Notes under the pieces: generated by a model
What the model saw: the letters and a program-made list of their open reading frames with translations, nothing else
The model's database searches: none
What the model was told of the DNA's origin: nothing
NCBI GenBank assembly: GCA_963777295.1
Contig: CAVZPV010000005.1
Coordinates: 64,325 to 128,324 of the forward strand
Reading direction: 5' to 3'
Length of the DNA: 64,000 bases
From: an uncultured Alphaproteobacteria bacterium
Lineage (GTDB): Bacteria > Pseudomonadota > Alphaproteobacteria > Sphingomonadales > Sphingomonadaceae
Program-made: the position numbers and the translations under genes
In this document: positions 1 to 10,367 of the stretch, in pieces
Position numbering within the stretch: the stretch's first letter is position 1
How the letters are laid out: each line of letters opens with the position of its first letter

Positions 1-1509
1 TTGGATCGCGTCGCCACCGTCGTAGCCTGGCAAGAGGTCGCTCGTCCCGAGCGTAGTCGAGGGGCGCTCGCACAGACTCATCACGAACGCCCCTCGACTT
101 CGCTCGGGACGAGCGAGGCTGAGGATGACTGCAGATGTGGCGAGCTTCGCCAAAGAAGCCATCTCTCGCGCCCTGGTCGCCTTCCCGTCCTGGCAAGCTG
201 GGAGCGTGGAGCATCGCGCCGCCTGTCTCGACCGCCTCGCCGATCTGCTCGAATCCGAGCGCGACGCTCTGATGCGTCTCTGCGTGCAGGAGGCGAAGAA
301 GACGATCCCCGATGCGCTGGCAGAAGTGCGCGAGGCGGCGGACTTCTGCCGTTATTATGCCGCCGAGGCGCGGCGGGGGCTGCAGCCGCGCGAGCTTCCC
401 GGCCCGACCGGCGAGCGCAACGTGCTGCGGATGGAGGGCAGCGGCGTCTGGATCTGCATCGCGCCCTGGAACTTCCCGCTCGCCATCTTCCTGGGGCAGG
501 TGACGGCGGCCCTCGTCGCCGGCAATGCGGTGGTGGCCAAGCCCGCGCCGCAGACGCCGGCGATCGCCGCCTATGCGGTCGGCCTTGCCCACAGCGCGGG
601 CATCCCCGAGAACGTGCTGATCCTCGCCGAAGGCGGGCCGGACATGGGCGCGGCCCTGGTCGAGGACAGCCGCATCGCCGGTATCGCCTTCACCGGCTCG
701 ACCGCGACCGCCAAGCGCATCGCCCGCTCCCTGCTCGAGGATGACGAGCGGCCGATCATCCCGCTCATCGCCGAGACCGGCGGGATCAACGCGATGATCG
801 TCGATTCCACCGCCTTGCCCGAGCAGGTGGTGGTCGACGTCGTCACCTCCGCCTTCCGTTCGGCCGGCCAGCGTTGCTCGGCTTTGCGCGCTGCTGGTCC
901 TGCAGGAGGAGATCGCCGAGCGGATGCTGGAGATGCTCTCCGGCGCGATGGATACCTTGATCGTCGGCGATCCCGCCGATCCGGCGACCGACGTCGGGCC
1001 CGGTGATCGACCAGGGCGCCTACGACCGGCTGATGAGCCACCGCCAGGCGACACGGAAAAGCTGGATCAAGACGATCGATGCTCCAGCGGAAGGACCGTT
1101 CGTCCCGCCGACCCTGATCCGCGTCGACCGGATCGAGGATGTGAAGAAGGAATGGTTCGGGCCCTTGCTCCACGTCGCCACCTGGAAGGCGGGCAAGCTC
1201 GTCGAGACGGTCGAGCGGGTGAACGGCTCCGGCTTCGGCCTCACCATGGGCCTCCATAGCCGCATCGCCCGCGCCGCCGAGACGGTGGAGGAGGAGGCGA
1301 AGGTCGGCAACCTCTACGTCAACCGCTCGATGATCGGCGCCATCGTCGGTTCGCAGCCGTTCGGCGGCGAGGGCCTCTCCGGCACCGGGCCCAAAGCGGG
1401 CGGACCGCATTATCTACCGCGCTTCTGCGCCGAGCGGGTGACCAGCACCGACACCACCAGTGCCGGCGGCAATGCGACCCTGCTGTCGCTGGAGGATGTC
1501 GGCCTCTGA
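1..1509 (+). CDS. putA: Bifunctional proline dehydrogenase / P5C dehydrogenase PutA, C-terminal ALDH part (5' truncated by window edge, frameshifted)
   Basis: ORFs 125..1006, 924..1259 and 1003..1509 join into an ALDH domain with EVREAADFCRYY, CIAPWNFPLAIF, ETGGINAMIVDSTALPEQVV, SAGQRCSALR, GAIVGSQPFGGEGLSGTGPKAGG and the PutA-type tail DTTSAGGNATLL. Confidence 0.88.
38..116. repeat. Palindromic REP/RPE-like element (29-bp arms, 1 mismatch, 21-nt loop)
   Basis: Left arm tcgctcgtcccgagcgtagtcgaggggcg (38-66); right arm cgcccctcgacttcgctcgggacgagcga (88-116) is its reverse complement. Confidence 0.9.
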
Positions 1510-1545
1510 TCCGGAACGGAGCGACCGCCGAAGCGATGAAGCCGG

Positions 1546-1797
1546 ATGGCCGACGAACTGCCCCTGGTGAAGGATTTCGATTCAAGCGCGGTCGAGCGTG
1601 CCCGCTATCATCCGGACACGCTTACGCTCGACCTCTGGTATGCGGGCGGCGACCGCTACTCCTATTTCGAAGTGCCGGAATCCGTCTATCGCGCTTTGCT
1701 GGAAGCACCGTCGGCAGGCCAGTTCGTCAATTTCGAGATCAAGCCTAACTATCGGTTTGAGATGGAACCGGCCCGCAAGCGCTTCCGGCCTGATTAG
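1546..1797 (+). CDS. KTSC domain protein
   Basis: 83 aa with the KTSC pattern SSAV..ARY.P....L.L.Y.GG..Y.Y..VP..VY..LL.A.S.G.F.N..IK..Y. Confidence 0.85.
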   Translation: MADELPLVKDFDSSAVERARYHPDTLTLDLWYAGGDRYSYFEVPESVYRALLEAPSAGQFVNFEIKPNYRFEMEPARKRFRPD

Positions 1798-2759
1798 ACC
1801 GCCTCGACCTCGCGCGAGGCTTCGTCGAGGCGGCGGAGCTGAGCTTCGTTCAGCTCCAGCGTCATCGCGCCGATCAGCTCGTCGAGCTGCTCGAGACTGG
1901 TGGCGCTGGCGATCGGGGCGGTGACGCCGGGCTGGGCGGCAACCCAGGCGAGGGCAATCTGGGCCAAGGTGGCGCTGGTGTCGGCGGCGATCTCATCCAT
2001 AGCCGCCAGGACAGCAGATCCGTTCCCTTCCAAATATTTGGCCATGCGGCCGCCGCGCACACTTTTCCCATAATCTTGGGGTGAGCGGTATTTGCCGGTG
2101 AGGAAGCCCGAGGCGAGGCCATAATAAGGCAGCACGCCGAGCCCATTGTCGATGCAGACGCGCTGCAGCGGCCCTTCATATTTGTCGCGCGACACCAGAT
2201 TATACTCCGGCTGCACCACCTCGTAGCGGGCGAGGTCCTGCTGCTCTGAAATGGCGAGCGCGCGCTGCAGGCTTTCGGCGGAATAGTTCGACGCGCCGAT
2301 CGCCTTCACCTTGCCCGCCTTCACCAGCCGGTCGAAGGCGGCAAGGCTCTCCTCCAGCCGCGTATTCGGGTCTTCCTGGTGGGCGTAATAGAGATCGATT
2401 GCCTCGACGCCGAGGCGCTGGATCGAGGCTTCGGCCGCGGCGGCGATCCGCGCCGGCTCCAGTTTCTCGCCGCCTTCGCCCGGCAGCATGCCGACCTTGG
2501 TCGCGACCTGCACGTCGCCTTTGCTGCCTCGGCGTTTCAGCCATTCGCCGATGATCGTCTCCGATTCGCCGCCTTTGTGACCCGAGACCCAAGCCGAATA
2601 GACATCGGCGGTGTCGATCAAGGTGCCTCCCGCCTCGGCGAAACGGTCGAGCAGGCGGAAACTAGTCTCCTTGTCGGCGGTCCAGCCGAAGACGTTGCCA
2701 CCAAGGACGAGACGCGGGGTGGACAGGCCGCTGCGGCCAAGCGGACGACGTTCGGGCAC
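1794..2759 (-). CDS. Aldo/keto reductase
   Basis: LVLGGNVFGW, IDTADVY, GESETIIG, ATKVG, IDLYYAH, GKVKAIGASN, GFLTGKY. Confidence 0.92.
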   Translation of the reverse strand: MPERRPLGRSGLSTPRLVLGGNVFGWTADKETSFRLLDRFAEAGGTLIDTADVYSAWVSGHKGGESETIIGEWLKRRGSKGDVQVATKVGMLPGEGGEKLEPARIAAAAEASIQRLGVEAIDLYYAHQEDPNTRLEESLAAFDRLVKAGKVKAIGASNYSAESLQRALAISEQQDLARYEVVQPEYNLVSRDKYEGPLQRVCIDNGLGVLPYYGLASGFLTGKYRSPQDYGKSVRGGRMAKYLEGNGSAVLAAMDEIAADTSATLAQIALAWVAAQPGVTAPIASATSLEQLDELIGAMTLELNEAQLRRLDEASREVEAV

Positions 2760-2777
2760 AACTCGCTCCTTTGTTGA

Positions 2778-3836
2778 TCAATCGCCGGGCTTTTGCCGCC
2801 GCGCCTCCAGCGCGTCGAGGGCTTCGATGACCCGCTGGCTCTCTCCCCGCCGCACGACGAGCACGGCCCGTTCGGTTGCGACAACAATCAGATCCTCGAC
2901 GCCGAGCGCGACGATCACCGGCCCGTCCGAGCGCACGAGGCAGTTGTGGCTATCCGGCGCAACGACATCGCCCGACAGGAGGTTGCCATTCGCGTCATGC
3001 GGCCCGAGCAGATGGACGGCATCCCAGCTGCCGAGATCGGACCAGCCCATCACTACCGGCAGCACGGCGACGCGCTCCGCTTTCTCCATGACCGCTCGGT
3101 CGATCGAAGCGGCCGGGATGGCGGCAAAGGCCTCGGCGTCCGGGCTCAGCCGCAGTCCCTCCCGGCGTGCGGCGGTCAGAGAGGCGCAGGCGCCGGCGAG
3201 CACGTCCGGCGCGTGCGCGGCAAGCGCCTCCACCATCGCGCCGGCGCGGAACAGGAAAATGCCGGCATTCCAGTCGTAATCGCCGGCGGCGAGATAGGCC
3301 TTAGCCGTTTCGAGCGCCGGCTTTTCGACAAAGGAGGCGGCCCGAAACAGGCCATCCGCAAGCACCGCGCCGCGACGGATATAGCCGTAGCCGGTCTCCG
3401 GCCGGTCGGGATGAATGCCGAACGTCACCAGCCACCCATCGCGGGCCGCCGGAGCCGTCCGCTCCACCGCTTTCAGGAACGCGGCCGCATCGCGGATCGC
3501 GTGATCGCTTGGGAGGACGAGCAGCAAATCCTCTTCGTCCGCATTCAGCGTGGCGAGCGCGACGGCGGCGGCGGTGCCGCGCGCGCAAGGCTCGAGGATC
3601 AGACGCGTTTCGCCGAGATCGGTCGCGACGGCCTCGGCATCCTCCTCCGCCGCGACGATCACTGGGGCGGCGAAACGCGTTTCGTCCGAAACCCGGGCCG
3701 CCGTCTGCCGCAGCAAGCTACCCTCGCCGCCCAACGAGACGAACTGCTTCGTCCGGCCCAATCGCGAGAGCGGCCACAACCTCTTGCCCGCGCCGCCGGA
3801 GAGGATGACCGGAATGATGCGGGCCGCAGCGCTCAT
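2778..3836 (-). CDS. manC: Mannose-1-phosphate guanylyltransferase (no C-terminal PMI domain)
   Basis: PVILSGGAGKRLWPLSR, EP..RGTA, LPSDH, PETGYGYI, FVEKP, WNAGIF, SID.AVME, WSDLGSW. Confidence 0.88.
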   Translation of the reverse strand: MSAAARIIPVILSGGAGKRLWPLSRLGRTKQFVSLGGEGSLLRQTAARVSDETRFAAPVIVAAEEDAEAVATDLGETRLILEPCARGTAAAVALATLNADEEDLLLVLPSDHAIRDAAAFLKAVERTAPAARDGWLVTFGIHPDRPETGYGYIRRGAVLADGLFRAASFVEKPALETAKAYLAAGDYDWNAGIFLFRAGAMVEALAAHAPDVLAGACASLTAARREGLRLSPDAEAFAAIPAASIDRAVMEKAERVAVLPVVMGWSDLGSWDAVHLLGPHDANGNLLSGDVVAPDSHNCLVRSDGPVIVALGVEDLIVVATERAVLVVRRGESQRVIEALDALEARRQKPGD

Positions 3837-3919
3837 GAAACGGGTGTAACCGCGCCTCGGCGCAGGCGCCAGCGAAACACATCTGGCGCGCCGCTTCGGC
3901 TTGGGGCAAAGGCGAAGCC

Positions 3920-4882
3920 ATGGGGCTTTTCAGTGGGTTGTTCGGTCGGGCTCGTGGGCAAAGCGCGGAAGCGAAGGCGCGTCTCGACGCTTGGAGCGAC
4001 GCGCTCAATCGCGACACTCTGCCCAGCTTCGTCGAGGAGCGGCTGGAGAGCGCCGCCGCCGGCCGCTCGGCCTGGGTCGCGACGATGACGCCCGCCGAAT
4101 TGCTGCTCGCGCGCAGCCACGGCATCCGTCCGGTCGCGACCGTCTCCGGCACCTGCTGGTTCCAATATGGTTGGAGCTGGACGGAGGGTCACGCCGAAGG
4201 CTGGCACACGGCGCTCGACCGTTTGAAGCGGGAGGCCGTCGCAGCAGGCGCCAATGCAGTCCTGGACGTCCGCATGCGCACCCTGCGCCACAGCTTCGGC
4301 GCCAGCATGGATTTCACCCTGCTCGGTACCGCGGTCCGCATCGACCGCCTGCCACCCAGCCGCGATCCGGTGGTCGCGACCGTGCCGGCGCTGGAATTCG
4401 TCCGGCTGCTGGAGGCGGGGATCGTGCCGGTTGGGATCGCCGTCGGGGCCCGCTACGACTGGATGGACAGCGGCTGGGGCTATAACATGGGCTACACGTC
4501 GAGCGGCGCCCTGCAGACGCAATGGGCGAACCGGTCGTGGACCAGTCAGCCGCTCTACGATCTCACCGATTTCTGGGAGCGAATCCGTCGCGAGGCCCAT
4601 GCCGATCTGCGCGACCGGGCCGGCCGGATGGGCAACGGCGTTCTCGCGCACGTGCAGTTCGGCCAGATCATCCGCCAGGAGCGGGACAAGCAGCCGCCCA
4701 ATTATCTCGGCCGGCATATCGTCATCGGCACCGTCGTCGACACGCCGCCGCGCCTCGATTTCCCGGTGGAGATCGAGCCGGTGATCGACATGCGCGACGA
4801 TCTCTCGCCGCTCAACGAGATGATGGCGCCGCGCCATTCCAGCTACGAAGCCGAAATCACCGATCAGGAAGGTGGCATCTGA
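3920..4882 (+). CDS. YbjQ/UPF0145-like putative heavy-metal-binding protein, two tandem domains
   Basis: ALDRLKREAVAAGANAVLDVR...FTLLGTAV matches the YbjQ-type signature; a second divergent copy ends IVIGTVV. Confidence 0.7.
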   Translation: MGLFSGLFGRARGQSAEAKARLDAWSDALNRDTLPSFVEERLESAAAGRSAWVATMTPAELLLARSHGIRPVATVSGTCWFQYGWSWTEGHAEGWHTALDRLKREAVAAGANAVLDVRMRTLRHSFGASMDFTLLGTAVRIDRLPPSRDPVVATVPALEFVRLLEAGIVPVGIAVGARYDWMDSGWGYNMGYTSSGALQTQWANRSWTSQPLYDLTDFWERIRREAHADLRDRAGRMGNGVLAHVQFGQIIRQERDKQPPNYLGRHIVIGTVVDTPPRLDFPVEIEPVIDMRDDLSPLNEMMAPRHSSYEAEITDQEGGI

Positions 4883-5700
4883 TGACCGACGAAACGATCC
4901 CGCAACATGCCCTCGCCCGGCTCCAGGGGCTGCGGCGCGAAGGCCATCCGGGCGGCATCTTCACCTCCGATTTCTCGGTCAACGAGTTCCTGCTCGTCCG
5001 CAAGTCCGGGTTCGAGCCGATCGGCCTCTGCGTCGGCTCGTGCATCTACCATCTCGGCTTCCAGTTCGCCGGCTGGTCCTCCAGCCAGGAGCTCGAAGTG
5101 CTGTCGACCGCCATGTACGAGGCGCGGGCGCTGGCGATGGAGCGGATGAAGGCGGAGGCGCAGAATATGGGCGCGGACGGTATCGTCGGCGTCCGGCTGA
5201 CCGTGAAGCGGCTCGAATGGGATGCGAAGGTGCTGGAGTTCGTCGCCATCGGCACCGGCATCGCCCACGCCAAGGGCCATCAGGGTTTCAAGGGGCCGAA
5301 CGGCACGCCCTTCACCTCGGCGCTCAGCGGCCAGGACTTCTGGACCCTGCTCCAGGCCGGCTATCGCCCGCTCGAAATGGTGATGGGAAGCTGCGTCTAT
5401 CACGTCGCCCGGCGCGGGCCGCTCGCCTCGATCGGCAGCGTCGGCCAGAATGTCGAGCTGACCAATTTCAGCCTCGCCCTCTACGAAGCGCGCGAGATCG
5501 CGATGGAGCGGATGCAGCTCGAAGCGACCAAGGCCGGGGCCGAGGGCGTGGTCGGCGCCGACCTCCACGAGGGCAGCCACGCCTGGGCGAGCCACGTCAT
5601 CGAATTCTTCGCCATCGGCACTGCGGTGTTGCCGATCGAAGGCAAGGCCGATCCGGAACATATCCCTGATCCGAAGCTCGTGCTTTCGGTCAACAGCTGA
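4882..5700 (+). CDS. YbjQ/UPF0145-like putative heavy-metal-binding protein, two tandem domains
   Basis: ATG overlaps the upstream TGA (tgatg); internal repeat FTS..S..(E/D)F...G(F/Y).P....GSC.YH...EL...S.A.YEAR..AMERM..EA...GA.G.VG...EF.AIGT. Confidence 0.8.
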   Translation: MTDETIPQHALARLQGLRREGHPGGIFTSDFSVNEFLLVRKSGFEPIGLCVGSCIYHLGFQFAGWSSSQELEVLSTAMYEARALAMERMKAEAQNMGADGIVGVRLTVKRLEWDAKVLEFVAIGTGIAHAKGHQGFKGPNGTPFTSALSGQDFWTLLQAGYRPLEMVMGSCVYHVARRGPLASIGSVGQNVELTNFSLALYEAREIAMERMQLEATKAGAEGVVGADLHEGSHAWASHVIEFFAIGTAVLPIEGKADPEHIPDPKLVLSVNS

Positions 5701-5788
5701 AGAGGCGCGCACCTGGCGCGATTGCGCGCCGGGCCCATTGCCGACCATCCTCGCCTGCTGTTAGCTTCCGGCTCGGGGGGAAAGCCGA

Positions 5789-6502
5789 ATGCATATCCGT
5801 CTGCCCAAGCCGCTCCACGGCTGGCGCGAATTCATCGGGGAAGTCGGCATCATCGTGATCGGCGTGCTGATCGCCCTGGGCGCCGAGCAGCTCATCGAGA
5901 CCATTCGGTGGCGCGAGAAGGTCTCGGAAACCAAGGAGCAGCTGAACGCGGAGCTGCACGATGATGCGCGAAGCGCTTACACCTGGCTCACGGGCCGTCG
6001 CTGTCTCGAAGACCGGCTGAATGCAATCGAAGCGGCGGTGAGCAACGCTCGCGAGACGGGCGAGATTCCCCCCATTCCCGCTTACAAGCCGCCGCTCGTT
6101 CTCTTCACGAGCGATGCCTGGCTGAATGCACGATCGCTTCAGGTTGCCGACCATATCGGACCGGAGGCGATGCGAGATTATGCTCGCATTTATTTCTTTC
6201 CGCGCGAACTCGAGCTCAACATCGTGCAGCTGCGCCAGCTCGCCGCCGGGTTGCAGCCACTGGCCCATGGCCTCCACCACGTTTCCTCGCAGGAAGCCGG
6301 CGAATATCAGCGCCTCATCGGGAAAGTCCGCGAGCTTCAGGAGCGTACCGCCTACGCGGAGACCTTGCTCCTGCAGCATGGCCAGATTCCCGTGCGGCTT
6401 TCTGAGTCGGAGATGCGGGAGGCGGTTCTAAAGGGGCGCTCACAATTGGGCGCTTGCGCGGCCCGCGTGGATTTGAACTGGCGGCCTGTGTCAGACGACT
6501 AG
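5789..6502 (+). CDS. Hypothetical membrane-anchored protein
   Basis: 237 aa; N-terminal PKPLHGWREFIGEVGIIVIGVLIALGAEQ transmembrane segment followed by a coiled-coil-like stretch. Confidence 0.7.
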   Translation: MHIRLPKPLHGWREFIGEVGIIVIGVLIALGAEQLIETIRWREKVSETKEQLNAELHDDARSAYTWLTGRRCLEDRLNAIEAAVSNARETGEIPPIPAYKPPLVLFTSDAWLNARSLQVADHIGPEAMRDYARIYFFPRELELNIVQLRQLAAGLQPLAHGLHHVSSQEAGEYQRLIGKVRELQERTAYAETLLLQHGQIPVRLSESEMREAVLKGRSQLGACAARVDLNWRPVSDD

Positions 6503-6537
6503 TGTCGGTTCAGTCGCTTCCCGGATGCGACGCCAGC

Positions 6538-7932
6538 CTATCGCAATTGCGAGGCCGGCTGCAGCTCGCGCTCCTCCCCGGCATGAGGCCGCCGCAGCGC
6601 CGGGTTGAGGCGGGCGACGCTGCAGATGCCGGCAACGAGCGCCAGGCCGGCTGAGACGAGCGGCGCGGTCATGCGCGCCCCTTCGTGGATCGAGAGCAGG
6701 AAGGCGATCAGGGTCGCGCCCAGCGTCTGCCCGGTCAGCCGCGTCGTCGAAATGAGGCCGCCGGCCGACGCCGCCCGCTCGCGCGGCGCCGAGCCGATGA
6801 TCAGCCGCGCATTGGGCGAAAGAAACAGGCCGAAGCCCGCGCCGCACAACGACATGCGCCAGCCAATGTCGAAATAGGATGGGTGCGCGGGCAGGAAAGC
6901 AAGCAGCAGCAGGGCGCCCACGGCGATGGCCATGCCGATGCCGCCGAGCAACCCCGCCGGCACCCGGTCCGACAGCGCGCCGGCGGCTGGCGCGACGAAC
7001 ATCGTGGTCAGCGGCCAAGGCGCGATCACCGCGCCAACCGCGCCCGGCGCGAAGCCGTAGCCATGCTCCAGCCGGAACGGCATGGAGAGGATCAGCGCCA
7101 TCGACGAGACGAAGGCTGTGAACGCGCCGAGCGTCGACAAGGCGAAGACCGGCGTTCCGAGCAGGTCGACCGGCATGATCGGCCGTTCCTCGCCTTTCTC
7201 CCGCCGGACGAAGATGAACGCGACGATGATGCCGGCGCTGACGATCGCCGCCGAGACGACCGGCGAATCGCCATGGACGCCGCTCTCCAGGCCCGAGATG
7301 ATCAGGCCGAAGGTCGCCGCGCAGAGGACGGCGCCGAGCACGTCGAAATCGTCCGAATGCTGCTCCGGCTCGGGCAGGCAGCGGCCGAGCAGCAGCGACA
7401 TGATCGCGAAAGGCACCGCCGACGCGAACACCCAGGGCCAGCGGCCGAAGGACAGGATGGCGCCGCCAAGCGTCGGTGCGATCGCAGCCGAGCTGGAGAC
7501 GATGACGCTGTTGATCCCGAGCCCACGGCCGAGCTGCCGCGCCGGATAGATGGCGCGCACCAAAGCCGAGGAGACGCTGAGCGCCGCGCCCGCGCCGAGC
7601 GCCTGCGCCGCCCGCACCACCAGCAAAAAGGGCAGACTCTTCGCGAAGAAGCAGAGCAGGCTTGCGACGGTGAAGACGATCTGGCCGATCTGGTAGAGCC
7701 GCCTGTGGCCGAGCCGGTCGCCCAGCGCCGAGAAAGGCAGCAAGGTCATCACCAGCACGAGCTGGTAAACGGTCACGACGAGCACCGCGGCCGAATTGTC
7801 CACATGCAGGTCGCGCGCGATCGTCGGCAGGGCGACCGAGGGAATGGCGCCGTCGATGACGACCAGCGCCGTCCCGAACGAAACGGCGCCGATCGCCCAA
7901 TAGCGACGAGGGAGGGGCAGGCCTTCGTACAT
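6538..7932 (-). CDS. MFS transporter (DHA2/EmrB-like)
   Basis: 464 aa, about 14 hydrophobic segments, motif A LGDRLGHRR, ALPTIARDL. Confidence 0.9.
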   Translation of the reverse strand: MYEGLPLPRRYWAIGAVSFGTALVVIDGAIPSVALPTIARDLHVDNSAAVLVVTVYQLVLVMTLLPFSALGDRLGHRRLYQIGQIVFTVASLLCFFAKSLPFLLVVRAAQALGAGAALSVSSALVRAIYPARQLGRGLGINSVIVSSSAAIAPTLGGAILSFGRWPWVFASAVPFAIMSLLLGRCLPEPEQHSDDFDVLGAVLCAATFGLIISGLESGVHGDSPVVSAAIVSAGIIVAFIFVRREKGEERPIMPVDLLGTPVFALSTLGAFTAFVSSMALILSMPFRLEHGYGFAPGAVGAVIAPWPLTTMFVAPAAGALSDRVPAGLLGGIGMAIAVGALLLLAFLPAHPSYFDIGWRMSLCGAGFGLFLSPNARLIIGSAPRERAASAGGLISTTRLTGQTLGATLIAFLLSIHEGARMTAPLVSAGLALVAGICSVARLNPALRRPHAGEERELQPASQLR

Positions 7933-7962
7933 GGGGCGCTTAGTGCGTCAAAAGCACTTGAG

Positions 7963-8020
7963 TTCCCCGGCGAAAGCCGGGGTTCAGCGGCAAGACTGGA
8001 CCCCGGCTCTCACGGGGAGA
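7963..8020. repeat. REP-like palindrome (CCCCGGCGAAAGCCGGGG ... CTGGACCCCGGC)
   Basis: Imperfect inverted repeat between uvrD and the MFS gene; same family as 41434-41502. Confidence 0.8.
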
Positions 8021-8032
8021 ATAGGACGGGGC

Positions 8033-10328
8033 TCAGGCCAAGTCTACGAAGCTGTCGAGCACCCGCTTCCGCCCGGCATGCTCGAAGTCGATCTCCAGCT
8101 TGTTGCCTTCGATCTCCGCGACCTTGCCGTAGCCGAACTTGGCGTGGAAGACGCGCTGGCCGAGCGCGATGTCGCCGCGGCCGGGATTGCCGAGGCTGAT
8201 CGCGCTTGCGCGCGCTTCCATCACGCGCTGCGGGATTGCGCTCGAAGCCGCCGGTGACGGCGCGGCGCCAGCCGGGGCCGCGGGTCTGGCCGCGGGCGAC
8301 GTCGGCGAAGGGGTCGGCGCGTTCGGACCAGTTGGCCCGCCACAGGCTCTCGCCGCCGGCCATCGAATTTTCCTGGTCGATGTGGGCGGCGGGCAGCTCG
8401 GCGACGAAGCGCGAGGGGATGGACGAGGTCCACTGGCCGTAGATGCGGCGGTTGGCGGCATGGAGGATGAAGCAGCGGCGCCGCGCCCGGGTGATCGCGA
8501 CATAGGCGAGCCGCCGTTCCTCCTCCAGGCTGGCATTGCCGCCTTCGTCGAGCGCGCGCTGCGAGGGGAAGACGCCTTCCTCCCAGCCGGCGAGGAAGAT
8601 GGTGTCGAATTCGAGGCCCTTGGCGGCGTGGATGGTCATGATCGTGACCTTCTCCAGCTCCCGCGCCTCGTCATTCTCCATCACGAGGCTGACATGCTCG
8701 AGGAAGGCGCCGAGATTTTCATATTCCTCCATCGCCCGCGTCAGCTCGGTGAGATTTTCGAGACGGCCGGCGCTCTCGGCCGAGCGGTCGGCCTGGAGCA
8801 TCGCGGTATAGCCGCTCTCGTCGAGCATCAGCCGCGCAAGCTCCGGATGCGGCAACTCCACGAGGCGCGACCGCCAGCGGGCGAAGTCGCCGACGAGATT
8901 GCCGAGCGAGCGTCGCGCCTGCGCCGGTCAGTTCGTCGCTGTCGAGGATCTGGGCCGCCGCAAGCATGAGCGGCACGCCGGCCGCGCGGGCGAGCGCGTG
9001 GATCTTCGCCACCGCCTTGTCGCCGAGGCCGCGCTTGGGCGTGTTGACGATCCGCTCGAAGGCGAGGTCGTCCGCCGGCTGGGCGATGACGCGGAGATAA
9101 GCGAGCGCATCGCGGATCTCGGCGCGCTCGTAGAAGCGAAAGCCGCCGACGATCCGGTAGGGCAGGCCGATGGCGATGAACCGGTCCTCGAACTCGCGGG
9201 TCTGGAACTGCGCGCGGACGAGGATGGCGACCTGGCTGGCGCGGGTGCCCTTGCGCTCCAGCGTCTCGATCTCCTCGCCGACGCGGCGCGCCTCTTCCGG
9301 CCCGTCCCAGATGCCGACGACATGGACCTTCTCGCCCTCGCCGCCGTCCGCGTCGCGCGCCTCGGTCCACAGAGTCTTGCCGAGCCGGCCGCCATTGTGG
9401 GCGATGAGGCCGGAGGCGGCGGCGAGGATGTGCGGGGTCGAGCGGTAATTCTGCTCCAGCCGGACCATTTTCGCGCCCGGAAAGTCGTGGTCGAAGCGCA
9501 GGATGTTGGCCACCTCCGCCCCGCGCCAGGAGTAGATGGACTGGTCGTCGTCGCCGACGCAGCAGATGTTCTTGCGCTCCTGGGCGAGCAGCCGCAGCCA
9601 GAGATACTGGCGACTGGTTGGTGTCCTGATATTCGTCGACGAGGATATATTTGAAGCGCTGCTGATAATGTTCCAGCACGTCGCGGTGGGTCCTCAGGAT
9701 CACCAGCATGTGGAGCAAGAGATCGCCGAAATCGCAGGCGTTCAAGCGCCTTCAGCCGCTCCTGGTAGCGTCTGTAGAGCTCGGCGCCCTTGCCGTTGGC
9801 GAATGCCTCGCTCTCGCCCGCGTCGATCTGGTCCGGCGTCCAGCCCCGATTCTTCCAGCGGTCGATCAGGCCGCCGAGCAGCCGCGCCGGCCAGCGCTTC
9901 TCGTCGAGATCGGCGGCGCTGATCAGTTGCTTCAGCAGCCGCAGCTGGTCGTCCGTGTCGAGGATGGTGAAATTGGAGTGCAGCCCGACCAGCTCGGCAT
10001 GGCGGCGCAGCATCTTCGCGGCGACCGAGTGGAAGGTGCCGAGCCAGGGCATGCCCTCGACCGCCGGGCCGACGATCCGCCCGACCCGCTCGCGCATCTC
10101 GCGCGCCGCCTTGTTGGTGAAGGTGACGGCGAGGATCTCGGACGGCCAGGCGCGGCGGGTGGCGATGAGGTGCGCGAGCCGCGCCGTCAGCGCCGCCGTC
10201 TTGCCGGTCCCGGCGCCGGCGAGCACCAGCACAGGCCCCTCGGTCGTCAGCACCGCCTCGCGCTGCGGCGGGTTGAGGCCGGCGAGATAGGGCGGTTCGG
10301 GAGCAAGGGAGGGGGCGGTGTCGCTCAC
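8033..10328 (-). CDS. uvrD: ATP-dependent DNA helicase UvrD/PcrA (frameshifted)
   Basis: [60 protein letters not shown] and C-terminal [10 protein letters not shown] spread over five ORF pieces. Confidence 0.92.
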
Positions 10329-10332
10329 GCTT

Positions 10333-10347
10333 GAACAGTTAGGGAAC
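10333..10347. promoter_or_regulatory. LexA (SOS) box, alphaproteobacterial GTTC-N7-GTTC type
   Basis: gaac-agttagg-gaac on the + strand, immediately upstream of the uvrD GTG start at 10328. Confidence 0.75.
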
Positions 10348-10367
10348 GCGATGGGTGGGCACAATGC

